From the NCBI GenBank assembly GCA_963669175.1, contig OY769902.1, positions 1,344,001 through 1,408,000 on the forward strand: a DNA stretch of 64,000 bases. The letters run 5' to 3'. Shown in pieces: positions 28,901 to 37,615 of the stretch (its first letter is position 1; every line of letters starts with the position of its first letter). A model generated the notes under the pieces. It saw nothing but the letters and a program-made list of their open reading frames with translations, ran no database searches and had not been told where the DNA came from. The stretch comes from a bacterium (GTDB lineage: Bacteria > Electryoneota > Electryoneia > Electryoneales > Electryoneaceae). The position numbers and the translations under genes were made by a program.

Positions 28901-29109
28901 ACGAGATAGGGGGAGCCGTCCGTGTCCCACACACCGGAGACTTCGCCGGAGACAAACGTCTCCGCGAGCACGGGGGTGGTCAGCAACAGCAGGTACAAGA
29001 TCAGGCAGGCTATGCGCGGGAAAAACGTCACTCTGATCTGGGGCAAAGTTACGGAATGCGCGTGTTCAGTCGGGAAACTCCGAGCATTCCCCGGTTTCAT
29101 TTGTTTCAT
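25972..29109 (-). CDS. Secreted protein with two right-handed beta-helix modules and a C-terminal sorting domain
   Basis: Two SGE.SG..SP(Y/F).V...IEPG modules, SPCIDAGDP and SPLINAGCP motifs, terminal YPNPFNS...LASGVYF...LLIK. Confidence 0.88.
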   Translation of the reverse strand: MKQMKPGNARSFPTEHAHSVTLPQIRVTFFPRIACLILYLLLLTTPVLAETFVSGEVSGVWDTDGSPYLVTDTLIVPEGDTLLIEPGVTVEFQDQDSTNQYAIIVLGALFAQGEQGDSIYFASEDYPFAGFSSPNTESIRRLKLEYCVVEEASLPVDLWYCETTITNSRIECATTMAYRTWFGVDTLSHNEFDAVPPATSHTITINSEGPVLIIDNSTPNANLHVDTDYYEAYIENNTLGLVELYRSNAYVINNTMLNVDFYWGEYVISGNTIQGAGQDQGLYATECNVTIINNVLEAIEICEVSGTLQNNIIVSPLACAVDLSYSHVEMSGNVIYGQQDGVQCCSNTDMTFFNNTVRFRRYGVEVSDADTTTFRNNIFLGDNVNATGIQCRVGAVPVSVQYNCFGDITAAVFGFELDETNLVTDPYLAGGIPFDYSLQASSPCIDAGDPDSPDDPDDTRADIGCFYYNQTIDNPPVQTIPEEVFAQTGQPLRIQITATDDSGPFDFTFPDLPEWLTEEDELDWVSDTTAVSGIVPEDAEDFSFSVIVEDGEGQTDSSIVSVDVDQRTLLSGEISGILYVEDSPFYVVEDIIVSEGDSLVIEPGCELQFRYVEDPEQRIGLDVYGRLIAEGTVQDGIRFVTADSITMVGGFRGIYFYSHTDTSHFRYVVAEYPTYAANLDSTHLVIRHSRLTDNYESIHMIRHSTVDIDSSEFIQIQGGTFTFLYCYSGRFSLHNSYLNGAGVNGYAAELSIKGNLFVDMAAIHLGGGHAEIINNRFYNPGTGVNFDHMLTGHISNNLFFGNNSQRSIGLISLHNYYDLLISNNIFYGEGSGLVVWQYHDGDLLPDIINNAFYGNSISVRTEDVGVLLDNFHYNCFFNNDSIAPDVELDSTNLFVDPLFADTTDFFLYDLSPLINAGCPDTAYFDLDSTRNDIGLWGGPFGMSYTYPLSVYQEHLDIPERFILDSVYPNPFNSRQTVVFALPCQTTVQLALFNILGQPVFTIDWPQLQAGVHLKSYDTSGLASGVYFVQLKTRKEVRTTRVLLIK

Positions 29110-29190
29110 AACCTCTCCTGCTCATGACATACTGAAACGTAAGCACAGATTATTTCTGAAGCAAATCGACTGTATTCTTCGAAAAAAAGA

Positions 29191-29586
29191 ATTAGCCCGA
29201 ATATTTCACGAGTACAACATTGTGAATCGTTCTATTCCAACAATGTCAATGTATTAGGGTGAATTTTTGCTATTCTATCAAGAGACAGTTTGTACCGGCG
29301 ATCATTTTGCTATTTTTTACTCAACTTTCACTAGCCATTCATCCCCACGAAGGTGGGGGGCCAGGCAAGTAGCTATAAGACATGAAGTTACACACTAATA
29401 CGAATTCTAGTATACCGCGTTCCTCGATAGAGTCTAGCGTGTCAGAATACCAAACATGACTGGATTTACGGCTGTCCCAAACAGACGGGACACCGCAAGC
29501 TTCGGTTCCCATCCCCGACCACTGCTTTCGGGGACAGGCTCTTCGTGGGAATGAATACCACGTACTCATGAAATATCCGGGCTAAT
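29191..29586. mobile_element. MITE-like element family A, complete (about 396 bp)
   Basis: Imperfect TIRs ATTAGCCCGAATATTTCACGAGTA / TACTCATGAAATATCCGGGCTAAT. No transposase. Second copy at about 7980. Confidence 0.78.
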
Positions 29587-29591
29587 ATACC

Positions 29592-29986
29592 CTGTCTCTT
29601 ACCCACATCCTCTGAAAGCTTTATCAGCAAAAGGATTGTGGACATCGCATTTTTAGAATCCCGGCGGGATTCCCTATTTTAGCATAGTGTACAGGCCGTC
29701 TGTTTGGCCTGTACACTATGTCAGGATTTCTAACGAACAATCAACCCTGGAAGGGTTGCATAATGAGCAGTCAATATTAGTTTATTCAATTATTACAGGT
29801 AATAACGTAATTTATATCCTTTATAAATCAATTGGGTATCAATTATACTTTATGCAACCCTTTCAGGGTTGATATGAGGTTTGATCTTTTTCGTAGGGTA
29901 GGCGCTAAACAGACAGCGCCTACCCTACGCTAAAATATCCCACCCCCACGGGGTGGCAGAAACACGAAGATGTGAGTAAGAGACAG
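29592..29986. mobile_element. IS4-family (IS50-like) MITE, family B, with 10-bp target duplication
   Basis: TIRs CTGTCTCTTACCCACATC / GATGTGAGTAAGAGACAG, flanked by CTAATATACC at 29582-29591 and 29987-29996, with several internal palindromes. Confidence 0.85.
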
Positions 29987-30053
29987 CTAATATACCAGGT
30001 GGTCAATTCCTATTTTCTAAATGCTCATCCTGTCCATCCTGCGAATCACTCAG

Positions 30054-30088
30054 AAAAGCGGGTGACCACATGGAAGCGATCACCCGCT
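30054..30088 (-). terminator. Rho-independent terminator
   Basis: AGCGGGTGA...TCACCCGCT stem followed by Ts on the minus strand, downstream of 30118. Confidence 0.6.
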
Positions 30089-30117
30089 GAAACTTCTATC
30101 AACAAGGAACTTAAAGC

Positions 30118-31767
30118 TTATTTCAACAGCGTCACCCGCCGTGTATCCTGTCTGCCCTGGCTTTGAATGCTGACCAGGTAGGTCCCGGAAGCGAGGTTTT
30201 CGGCGTTCCAGGTAAGCTCGTACTGTCCTGCCGGTTTTACGCCCGAAGTCAACCTTGTCACTTCACGTCCGAGCAGGTCATACAGGCTGATCGTGATCGG
30301 AGCGCCCTGGTTCAGCTCATAACGTATCCGCAGGGTCGAGTTGAAAGGATTCGGCCACGCATCCACCAGCCTGAAATCGGTTGGATGTGACAGGGCAGGC
30401 TGTTCATCGACACCAGTATCCTCCCCATAACGGATCAGCGTAAACACCGCAGTCGTATCCGCTTCACGGATGTACGTATAGCCACTGACATAGACCACGC
30501 CATCATTATCGATAGCGATATCATTGATCCAGTCTGTCTCATAGCCGCCGTCGAACAGGGCGGTATCCAGACCGGAGCCGTCACTGCCGTACATCAGGGT
30601 AACCGTCTGGAAACCGTCTGTCCAGGAACCAATAGCGCCTGTGACATACACGTTCTCATCGTTGTCAACCACCAATCCGCGAGGTTCATCCTGGTCATCT
30701 TCAAAGACACCGTCATACTCTTCCGCCCAGAGCAGGTTGCCGGACGCATCATATTTTACGATCACCCAGTCATTATCATAGGTTTCCTGATCCTGCGCCT
30801 TGCCGAGCGTGTAGATATTCCCGGACGTATCAACTGTAACACTGATCGCAGTGTACACATCCTCGTTGTCGCCTTCCGGATAGGTGGCTTCCCAGACCTC
30901 ATCACCATCGCTATCGTACAAGGAAGTAATCAGTCTCTGGTCCGGGTATTCACCACCTCGTCCCAGCAGGACAACATTCCCATCCTGGTGTAATGCGGAA
31001 GTAATCAGCAGGTTTCCGTCCGCCCACCAACTACTCAACATGATAAATTCGCCATCCAGGTCATACATCAGCAGGGAATAGTTGGTCGACTGGTCATCGT
31101 TGACCATGTTTCCAGTCACATAGACAGCAGAGTTGTTGTAAACATGTATCGCAGCAGGACTGTACACATAGTGCGACGGCATGCTATCATAAGTGACATC
31201 CCATTGCTGAGTACCATCCGGGCTGTATTTCACCACGGCGAGACGACGTATATTGTCCGCGTCCATGATGGTACCGCCGACGTAGATATTACCATCATCA
31301 TCTGTGGCAACTACACCTGGACGATCGCTCCCGGCATTGGGGCCATAAAACTCCCCGACCCATTGCTGGTTGCCATCCGGATCAAATTTGACTGTTACCC
31401 AGTTCTGGTTGTAGGGGTAGGCCAGGGACGAGTCACTGCGTCCAATCATGATGATGTTACCAGCCCCATCAATGGCCAGTCCGGTGCAGTAATTACTGCG
31501 GTCAGCATGATTATAGGAAGCATGCCACAGCTCGTTCCCTTCCGGGTCAAACTTGGCTACCGTATAGTATTCATGGGTAACAGCAGGTGAGGTGAATCCT
31601 GCAATCACAGGATTTCCGGAGGGGTCTATTTCCATCACCTCCGCGATTTCAGCGGAATCTTCCGTGGCAAAATACCTGACCCAGGCCTCTGTCAGATCAT
31701 CAAGCTCGCCCGCAGCAACGATGCCGGTCAGTAACAACAACAACAAACAACTTCGCACCAGTTTCAT
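30118..31767 (-). CDS. Secreted beta-propeller (SBBP-like repeat) protein with a C-terminal sorting domain
   Basis: Signal peptide, repeated D..GN(I/V)YV.G...VKYD..G...W blades, terminal WPNPFNS...LASGTY...LLK. Confidence 0.88.
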   Translation of the reverse strand: MKLVRSCLLLLLLTGIVAAGELDDLTEAWVRYFATEDSAEIAEVMEIDPSGNPVIAGFTSPAVTHEYYTVAKFDPEGNELWHASYNHADRSNYCTGLAIDGAGNIIMIGRSDSSLAYPYNQNWVTVKFDPDGNQQWVGEFYGPNAGSDRPGVVATDDDGNIYVGGTIMDADNIRRLAVVKYSPDGTQQWDVTYDSMPSHYVYSPAAIHVYNNSAVYVTGNMVNDDQSTNYSLLMYDLDGEFIMLSSWWADGNLLITSALHQDGNVVLLGRGGEYPDQRLITSLYDSDGDEVWEATYPEGDNEDVYTAISVTVDTSGNIYTLGKAQDQETYDNDWVIVKYDASGNLLWAEEYDGVFEDDQDEPRGLVVDNDENVYVTGAIGSWTDGFQTVTLMYGSDGSGLDTALFDGGYETDWINDIAIDNDGVVYVSGYTYIREADTTAVFTLIRYGEDTGVDEQPALSHPTDFRLVDAWPNPFNSTLRIRYELNQGAPITISLYDLLGREVTRLTSGVKPAGQYELTWNAENLASGTYLVSIQSQGRQDTRRVTLLK

Positions 31768-31945
31768 GGCTAACCCCCAAGCTGTAAAACGGTTTTCTGG
31801 AACCTGTCTCTTCTCCGTTAGAAATAATACAACAACTTATATTATGGATGAAGTGATGAAAAACAACTTCTCGTGAATATAGGGCATGCTGGATTCGTTA
31901 GCCTAAAGAGATGAATTGATGCCCGGAAAACGGGCGCATGGCACA

Positions 31946-32059
31946 AAACAAAAACCACCGGACCAATGGGTCCGGTGGTCGGCATCCAGCACACAACCTT
32001 GGGGGGAGGTTGTGTGATTGTAAGGATCAAACTTCAAGAGGTTCATGAAGAACTTAGTA
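31946..32059 (-). ncRNA. Candidate sigma54-dependent small RNA
   Basis: Lies between a -24/-12 promoter and a perfect terminator (ACCACCGGACC/GGTCCGGTGGT + T run). Internal hairpin CACACAACCT-CCCCCCA-AGGTTGTGTG. Confidence 0.5.
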
Positions 32060-32070
32060 CACCATTAATG

Positions 32071-32086
32071 GCAAGAACGAGGCCAA
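32071..32086 (-). promoter_or_regulatory. Sigma54 (-24/-12) promoter
   Basis: Minus strand TTGGC-CTCGTTC-TTGC with correct GG/GC spacing, just downstream of a sigma54 activator gene. Confidence 0.55.
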
Positions 32087-32362
32087 TATTGTACAGGGTA
32101 AAAAAGTCAACCTAAGGTGTTGTTATTAAGTTGAATGAAAGTGGTTGTCGTGGAATTGAAAAAGCTATATTTTGCAATAATGACACGTATTATGAAACAG
32201 TGGAAGCGTGTGCAGAAAGCACAAGTCGGTGTGTGATAAGTGTAACAAATGAAAAAATAGTAAAATAACCCCGGTGGGTGGAATCCTGAAATCAATAAAG
32301 CGCACTACTTTATTATGTGGGATACTGAAACATTATTATGAAATTTGAAATAAACGTGGTGA

Positions 32363-34093
32363 TCAGTCACTCTTGGCTTTTTTCAGCATACGATAGAGCG
32401 TAACTCTGCTGATGCCGAGAGCCTGGGCAGTGCGTGTACGGTCGCCGTTCATCTGTTCCAGCATTGCCTGGGCTTCATCCGGAGTCGATTTTGGGGGACG
32501 GCCCGGCCCACGACGGACATGTTGTTTATCTTCACGTGCGCGTTGTACTGCCTCGGGAAGGTGCTCGATGTCGATCAGCTCGCCACGGCACCGCAGGGCG
32601 GCATACTGGACCGCGTTTGCCAGTTCGCGAATGTTTCCGGGCCAGTCATACTCGATCATACGTTCCATGGCATGGCGTGTGTAAGCTTTTGCGGGTTTAT
32701 TTGTTTCGACTGCGTGCAGGTTGCGGAAATGGTCAATCAGAAGCGGTATATCGCCGCGACGGTCGCGTAGAGCAGGGAGATCGAGCGGCACAACTGCAAG
32801 ACGGTAGAAGAGATCCTCGCGGAAGAGCCCTTTTTCAATTGCCTTTTTCAGATTACGGTTTGTGGCGCACAGGATTCGCACATCCACTTGGACAGGTTTG
32901 TCGGCGCCGACAGGTTGGAAGCTTTTATCCTGCAATACACGGAGCAGTTTAACCTGGATTGTCTGAGGTAATTCAGCGATCTCATCGAGGAATATGGTCC
33001 CTGTATGAGCCTGCTGGAAATACCCTTTTTTATCACGAATTGCTGATGTAAAGGCGCCTTTGACATGCCCGAATAGTTCACTTTCCAGTGTTCCTTCGGG
33101 TAGAGCAGCACAATTGACAACCACAAAGGGTTTGCTGGAACGTGGCCCGATATTGTGCAGCGCTCGTGCGACCATCTCTTTCCCGGTACCGCTTTCGCCC
33201 TGGATAAGAACAGGTACATTTACATCAGCCAATTCTCGAATCGTACCGAAGATTCTCTGCATTTCATCATCACGACCGATCATGCCCTCAAAGCCGAGCC
33301 CGCGCTCCAATCTTTTCCGCAGGTGCATCATTTCGGTGAGGTCACGGAAAATGATCAGGGAACCCCTCTCATTTTTTCCGGGGATCTCGATTTGCGTACA
33401 CGTCAGGTCCAGGATGATTTCCTGGTTATCCTTGCCACGTGTGAAAGAAACATGCACATGCTTAGTGTCATCCGAACAATTATGGTCTGCAGCGTTGAAC
33501 CAGGCAGGCAAAACAGAAGCGCAGGATTGCCCAATAACATCACCGAAGGAGAGACCGGTGATACGTTCTGCAGAAGTGTTAAAAAAGAACACTCTTCCGG
33601 AACCGTCGTAGGCCATGACGCCATCGGTCATATTGTTCAGGATGGCGCCGAATGTGCCCCGCATCTGGTGAATAGAATCGAAATAACCATGTTCGAAAAA
33701 CTGACGTGTCCGGTCTCGGATTTCATCACGAAGACGTTTGAAATAGGGACGCGGGTCTTCGCTTGGTTGCGTCAACTTCACCGGGTCCGTGAGTGACCAG
33801 TGAATACGTGTCGGGCTGCCGGGGAATGTTGGGCACTGTTCATGAGCTTTTTCGCAAAGGGTAACGACGACATCGTACGGTTCACTCGCGGCATTATCCA
33901 GGTTGGGTTCATTCCTGTCAGGGATGGAATAGCCCAGTTCGTTCATCAACTCGATGACAACCGGATTAATTGGATCAGAGTTGTCGGCGGCGCTACGGAT
34001 CAGAGTATCTGCCGGCGCGAACCTTTTAGCGAAGGCTTCCGCCATCTGGCTGCGCCCAGACGTCCCGGTGCAAAGGAATAGAACTCGAAACAT
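32363..34093 (-). CDS. Sigma54-dependent activator with N-terminal LMW-PTP/ArsC-like and PAS domains
   Basis: VLFLCTGTSGRSQMAE, VVTLC......CP, HWSLTDP; PAS; GESGTGKE, ESELFGHVKGAFTSA, FLDEI, WPGNIREL; Fis HTH. Confidence 0.92.
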   Translation of the reverse strand: MFRVLFLCTGTSGRSQMAEAFAKRFAPADTLIRSAADNSDPINPVVIELMNELGYSIPDRNEPNLDNAASEPYDVVVTLCEKAHEQCPTFPGSPTRIHWSLTDPVKLTQPSEDPRPYFKRLRDEIRDRTRQFFEHGYFDSIHQMRGTFGAILNNMTDGVMAYDGSGRVFFFNTSAERITGLSFGDVIGQSCASVLPAWFNAADHNCSDDTKHVHVSFTRGKDNQEIILDLTCTQIEIPGKNERGSLIIFRDLTEMMHLRKRLERGLGFEGMIGRDDEMQRIFGTIRELADVNVPVLIQGESGTGKEMVARALHNIGPRSSKPFVVVNCAALPEGTLESELFGHVKGAFTSAIRDKKGYFQQAHTGTIFLDEIAELPQTIQVKLLRVLQDKSFQPVGADKPVQVDVRILCATNRNLKKAIEKGLFREDLFYRLAVVPLDLPALRDRRGDIPLLIDHFRNLHAVETNKPAKAYTRHAMERMIEYDWPGNIRELANAVQYAALRCRGELIDIEHLPEAVQRAREDKQHVRRGPGRPPKSTPDEAQAMLEQMNGDRTRTAQALGISRVTLYRMLKKAKSD

Positions 34094-34481
34094 GTTGACT
34101 CGACAAGTGTTATGGTTGTGTTCCCTGCTATCAATTTAGGCTAAAGACTTCAGGGAGCGAACTCAAAAATGCAACAAAACCTTGCTCTTGGTGCTGAAAG
34201 TTCCAGTCGAAAGTCAAGTATACAGGAATACTGGGTGAAAGAAAAGACCGTTTCAGCACACACAGAAGAGTTTGTGTAACAATCCATATGAATTGATACT
34301 CCTGATGCTGTAAGGGGATGGATCGTTTTCGAACCACTGGACCACTAGCTCGCTGGTAAGGCAGGCGAATCTGATCTTTCTCCGAATAACTGGCAGAACA
34401 CGTGGAATGTTGTTTCTCAAGTATATTACCTTGGGACGGGATAAGAACAGAATTGCAGGGGGATTTGGCCGGGTGTATTCA

Positions 34482-37400
34482 ATGCACATGACTGGAAAGC
34501 GCCACTGGGGAGGCAGGGTGTTATATATCCTTTGCACACTGGTCATCCTGTTTATCCCTTTGCAACTCCACGCCCTGCCGCAGTACTCCTTTTATACTTA
34601 CGATGAAGCCCATGTTCCGGATCTGGGAGAGTTTCACGGCATAATGCAGGACAGCCGTGGGATGATCTGGATCTGGGGGTCGCGTGGCGCTGCATTCTAT
34701 GACGGCGGACGTTTTCGACACCTTACCCAGGCAGATGGCTTGCCGGCAGATTACTGTTACAAAGTCCGTGAGAATCCAGATGGGACCATCTATTTTGCCA
34801 CCTACGGCGGCGTTGCCACTTTCGATGTGTTAGCCGATAAGCTGGAAATCATATCGCTCTCGGTTGCCCGAGGTCCGGCCAGGGATGTGTACTTCTACAA
34901 AGATGTCATGTTTGTAGCTTTTGATGCCGGTGTATACTTCATCAAGGAAAACTACTGGTATCCGGTCTATGCCCTGATCAGAGGAGTTACCGAGCAGGGC
35001 TCGATGATCAATGCCATCTGTCCCGGGCCTGCTCCCAACAAGGTATGGCTTGCATCGGAATATGCCGGTGTTGTTGAGCTGGATCTGGACAAGACCCTTG
35101 AGATGTATACCCTGAGTGATCCCGCCATGCAGAAAGAGCTGGAGCTTCTCGGAAATCAGCAATTCCAGGAGAAATATCCCGGTGTGTTGATGGAAAACGG
35201 TGATCACTTCCTGTTTTTTGATGCGAAGGATATTGCGGTACTGTTGGAAAACAGGAAAATGCAGTCCTTGCAGCGTGTGGTTGTCCCCAAACCGGAAGGG
35301 TGGGACCGTTGGCCTGTCTATAATGTTTTTGAAACCAATGATGGGAATTGGTATACATTTGCTTTGGGTGGTTTATACATCATTGAAGAAGGTGAAGCGA
35401 AATTCCATGACCCTTCCGATGGTACGGATCTGAAGATAATCTCCGGCGCTGGACTGACTCCTGACGGAAATATGTATGTGCTTTCCGACAAAGGAGTATG
35501 CGTCGTTCACCCCGATTCGGTTCAGCATTTTTCGCCGGAAACGGGCCTCCCCGGCAATACAGTACAGACTTTTATGCAGGACCGTGACGGGGGCTTCTGG
35601 TTCGGTCAATCGGCAGGGGAAGTATCAAGGCTGGTGACCCAGGCTGTACACCTTTTCCCCGGGAATGAATACGCTTTGCTCAATGATGTTGTCCGGGCTG
35701 CGCCACGGCCTGATGGTGGCTTGCTTCTTGGCGGTCCCAATGGCTTCAGTGTATATAAAGACAGGGATTTAACAACTGCGTTGGCGCTTTCAGAAGGCAT
35801 TCGCGGCTTTGATTTCGACAAAAACGGTAATCTTCTGATAGCTACTGATTTCAGTATCACGCTTGCTGACTTCTCGCAAAGGGCCGGCAAGACCCTGATG
35901 CATTTCAGCAAACCGACAGAAGGCAGCATTTTCTGCAAACGTGATGTTGTGGGCAATGTCTGGATCACGATTGCGGGGCAGTTATTCTGCTGGAATGGTA
36001 AAAAACTCACTGACTTCAAAGATTACCTGCTGGATGTGGTCTACCCGGTTCTCCTGTATACAGCATCGGATACCACGATCTACATTTCCAACTGGAACGA
36101 TATTGTCAGGATGAGAGGCGAGGAAAAAACAATCTATCATAAGATTGGAATCATGCGGGAAGAGGCATCACGATTTGACTTTTCGGAAGCCTTTTGGGCA
36201 GAAGAAAACCGGCGACGAGTATTTCCACGTGAGCAATTCTCCGATAACCTGGCTGCATTTTGCGCTGAAGAAGGTCCGGATGGCGCTATCTGGTTTGGAA
36301 CTTTTAATGCCGGGATTATCCGTGTCGATGGTGATTCAGTCAACAACTGGGATTCTCGACATGGTCTGCCAGGCAACCGATTCATGTCGGTATACAAAGA
36401 TTACGACGGTGATTTGTATTTCCTTGGGGTAGACGGCGTTGTGCAAGTGGATGAATCCGGTCCGCACCCACTTGACCTGGATTTACCGGAACGGATACAG
36501 CTGGATAATATGATAAAGGATCGTGAAGGACGATTCTATTTTGCTACGACAATGGGCCTGCTGGTTATTGACGGAGATCGGCAATTTATCCTGGATCGTG
36601 GCTTTGGCCTGGAGGAGAGCTGGGTAAACTTCCTGACCCAGACAGAAGATGGAGAGATTGTAGCTGTTCAACCAAACGGTCTGTATACATTTTATCCGGA
36701 AGACCTGTTTTCTTCTTTGCAGGGAGATAAAAACAAACCCTTTGTCACCAGCCTGATCGCAGATGGTGTTCATTATCCTATTGGTGAATCAATCCGGCTG
36801 CCTGTCGGGGTGCGTGATTTCACGACACAGTTTACGTTGCCGACCTATTTGAATGAATCGCGGCATCTGTTTTCCTGGCGAATGGAAGGATTGGAGAATG
36901 AGTTCACCCCCTGGCAATCAACTCGCCAGGCAGCTTTTGAACGTGTCCCACCGGGACGGTATGTCTTCCATCTCAAATCTATGGATGGTCTGGGGCGAAA
37001 ATCTGAAATTGCAATACCGGTCGAAGTTATTATTCCGCCTTCTTTCTATGAAACACTTGCATTCCGCATCATTATGATAATGCTTGTCCTGGCGGCATTG
37101 GCCGGTCTGTATTCCTGGCGTATGCACCAGGAGAAAGTTACCCAATTACGGCTTGAAGCGATGGTAAAGCAACGTACGACAGAACTCGAGGAAGCATTAT
37201 ATCGACTGGAAGAATCAAAAAAATGGGAAATCGAAACAGAGCGACTACGCGCAGTACAAAAAATGGCTGCCAGCGTTGCTCATGAATTCAACAATCCCCT
37301 TACCGTGGTACAGGGCGTATTCCAGATCAATGAGAAAAAATTGCGTGAAACCACAGATCAAAACACGCAGCAGATGTTGGATATGGTCCCACGTCACCTT

Positions 37401-37535
37401 CAACGGATGAAAGATCTCGTTCGCAAACTTACCAGTATTACCCACCTGAAAGAAATGGGTTACACAGAAGATGTATCTATCATTGATATCCATGCTTCTG
37501 CTGATCCGGGGAAAGGCAATCCTGAAAACAATTGA
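34482..37535 (+). CDS. Periplasmic beta-propeller/Y_Y_Y sensor with TM helix and DHp domain, no ATPase domain
   Basis: Reg_prop-like repeats (QDSRGMIW, GLPGN), Y_Y_Y-like VPPGRYVF, TM helix, AHEFNNPL, then a stop without G boxes. Start uncertain (34407-34488). Confidence 0.82.
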   Translation: MHMTGKRHWGGRVLYILCTLVILFIPLQLHALPQYSFYTYDEAHVPDLGEFHGIMQDSRGMIWIWGSRGAAFYDGGRFRHLTQADGLPADYCYKVRENPDGTIYFATYGGVATFDVLADKLEIISLSVARGPARDVYFYKDVMFVAFDAGVYFIKENYWYPVYALIRGVTEQGSMINAICPGPAPNKVWLASEYAGVVELDLDKTLEMYTLSDPAMQKELELLGNQQFQEKYPGVLMENGDHFLFFDAKDIAVLLENRKMQSLQRVVVPKPEGWDRWPVYNVFETNDGNWYTFALGGLYIIEEGEAKFHDPSDGTDLKIISGAGLTPDGNMYVLSDKGVCVVHPDSVQHFSPETGLPGNTVQTFMQDRDGGFWFGQSAGEVSRLVTQAVHLFPGNEYALLNDVVRAAPRPDGGLLLGGPNGFSVYKDRDLTTALALSEGIRGFDFDKNGNLLIATDFSITLADFSQRAGKTLMHFSKPTEGSIFCKRDVVGNVWITIAGQLFCWNGKKLTDFKDYLLDVVYPVLLYTASDTTIYISNWNDIVRMRGEEKTIYHKIGIMREEASRFDFSEAFWAEENRRRVFPREQFSDNLAAFCAEEGPDGAIWFGTFNAGIIRVDGDSVNNWDSRHGLPGNRFMSVYKDYDGDLYFLGVDGVVQVDESGPHPLDLDLPERIQLDNMIKDREGRFYFATTMGLLVIDGDRQFILDRGFGLEESWVNFLTQTEDGEIVAVQPNGLYTFYPEDLFSSLQGDKNKPFVTSLIADGVHYPIGESIRLPVGVRDFTTQFTLPTYLNESRHLFSWRMEGLENEFTPWQSTRQAAFERVPPGRYVFHLKSMDGLGRKSEIAIPVEVIIPPSFYETLAFRIIMIMLVLAALAGLYSWRMHQEKVTQLRLEAMVKQRTTELEEALYRLEESKKWEIETERLRAVQKMAASVAHEFNNPLTVVQGVFQINEKKLRETTDQNTQQMLDMVPRHLQRMKDLVRKLTSITHLKEMGYTEDVSIIDIHASADPGKGNPENN

Positions 37536-37615
37536 GAGTTTTTCAGGAAAAGGGTACACCCAAGTTTTCATAGAAAGTTCGATTGTAAAACGATTGTGTG
37601 TATAAGGGGTATTCC

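Noticed and set aside
29592-29986. Nextera/Tn5 adapter contamination
   Set aside because: Ends differ from the mosaic end, are paired as TIRs with a 10-bp duplication, and a diverged second copy exists.
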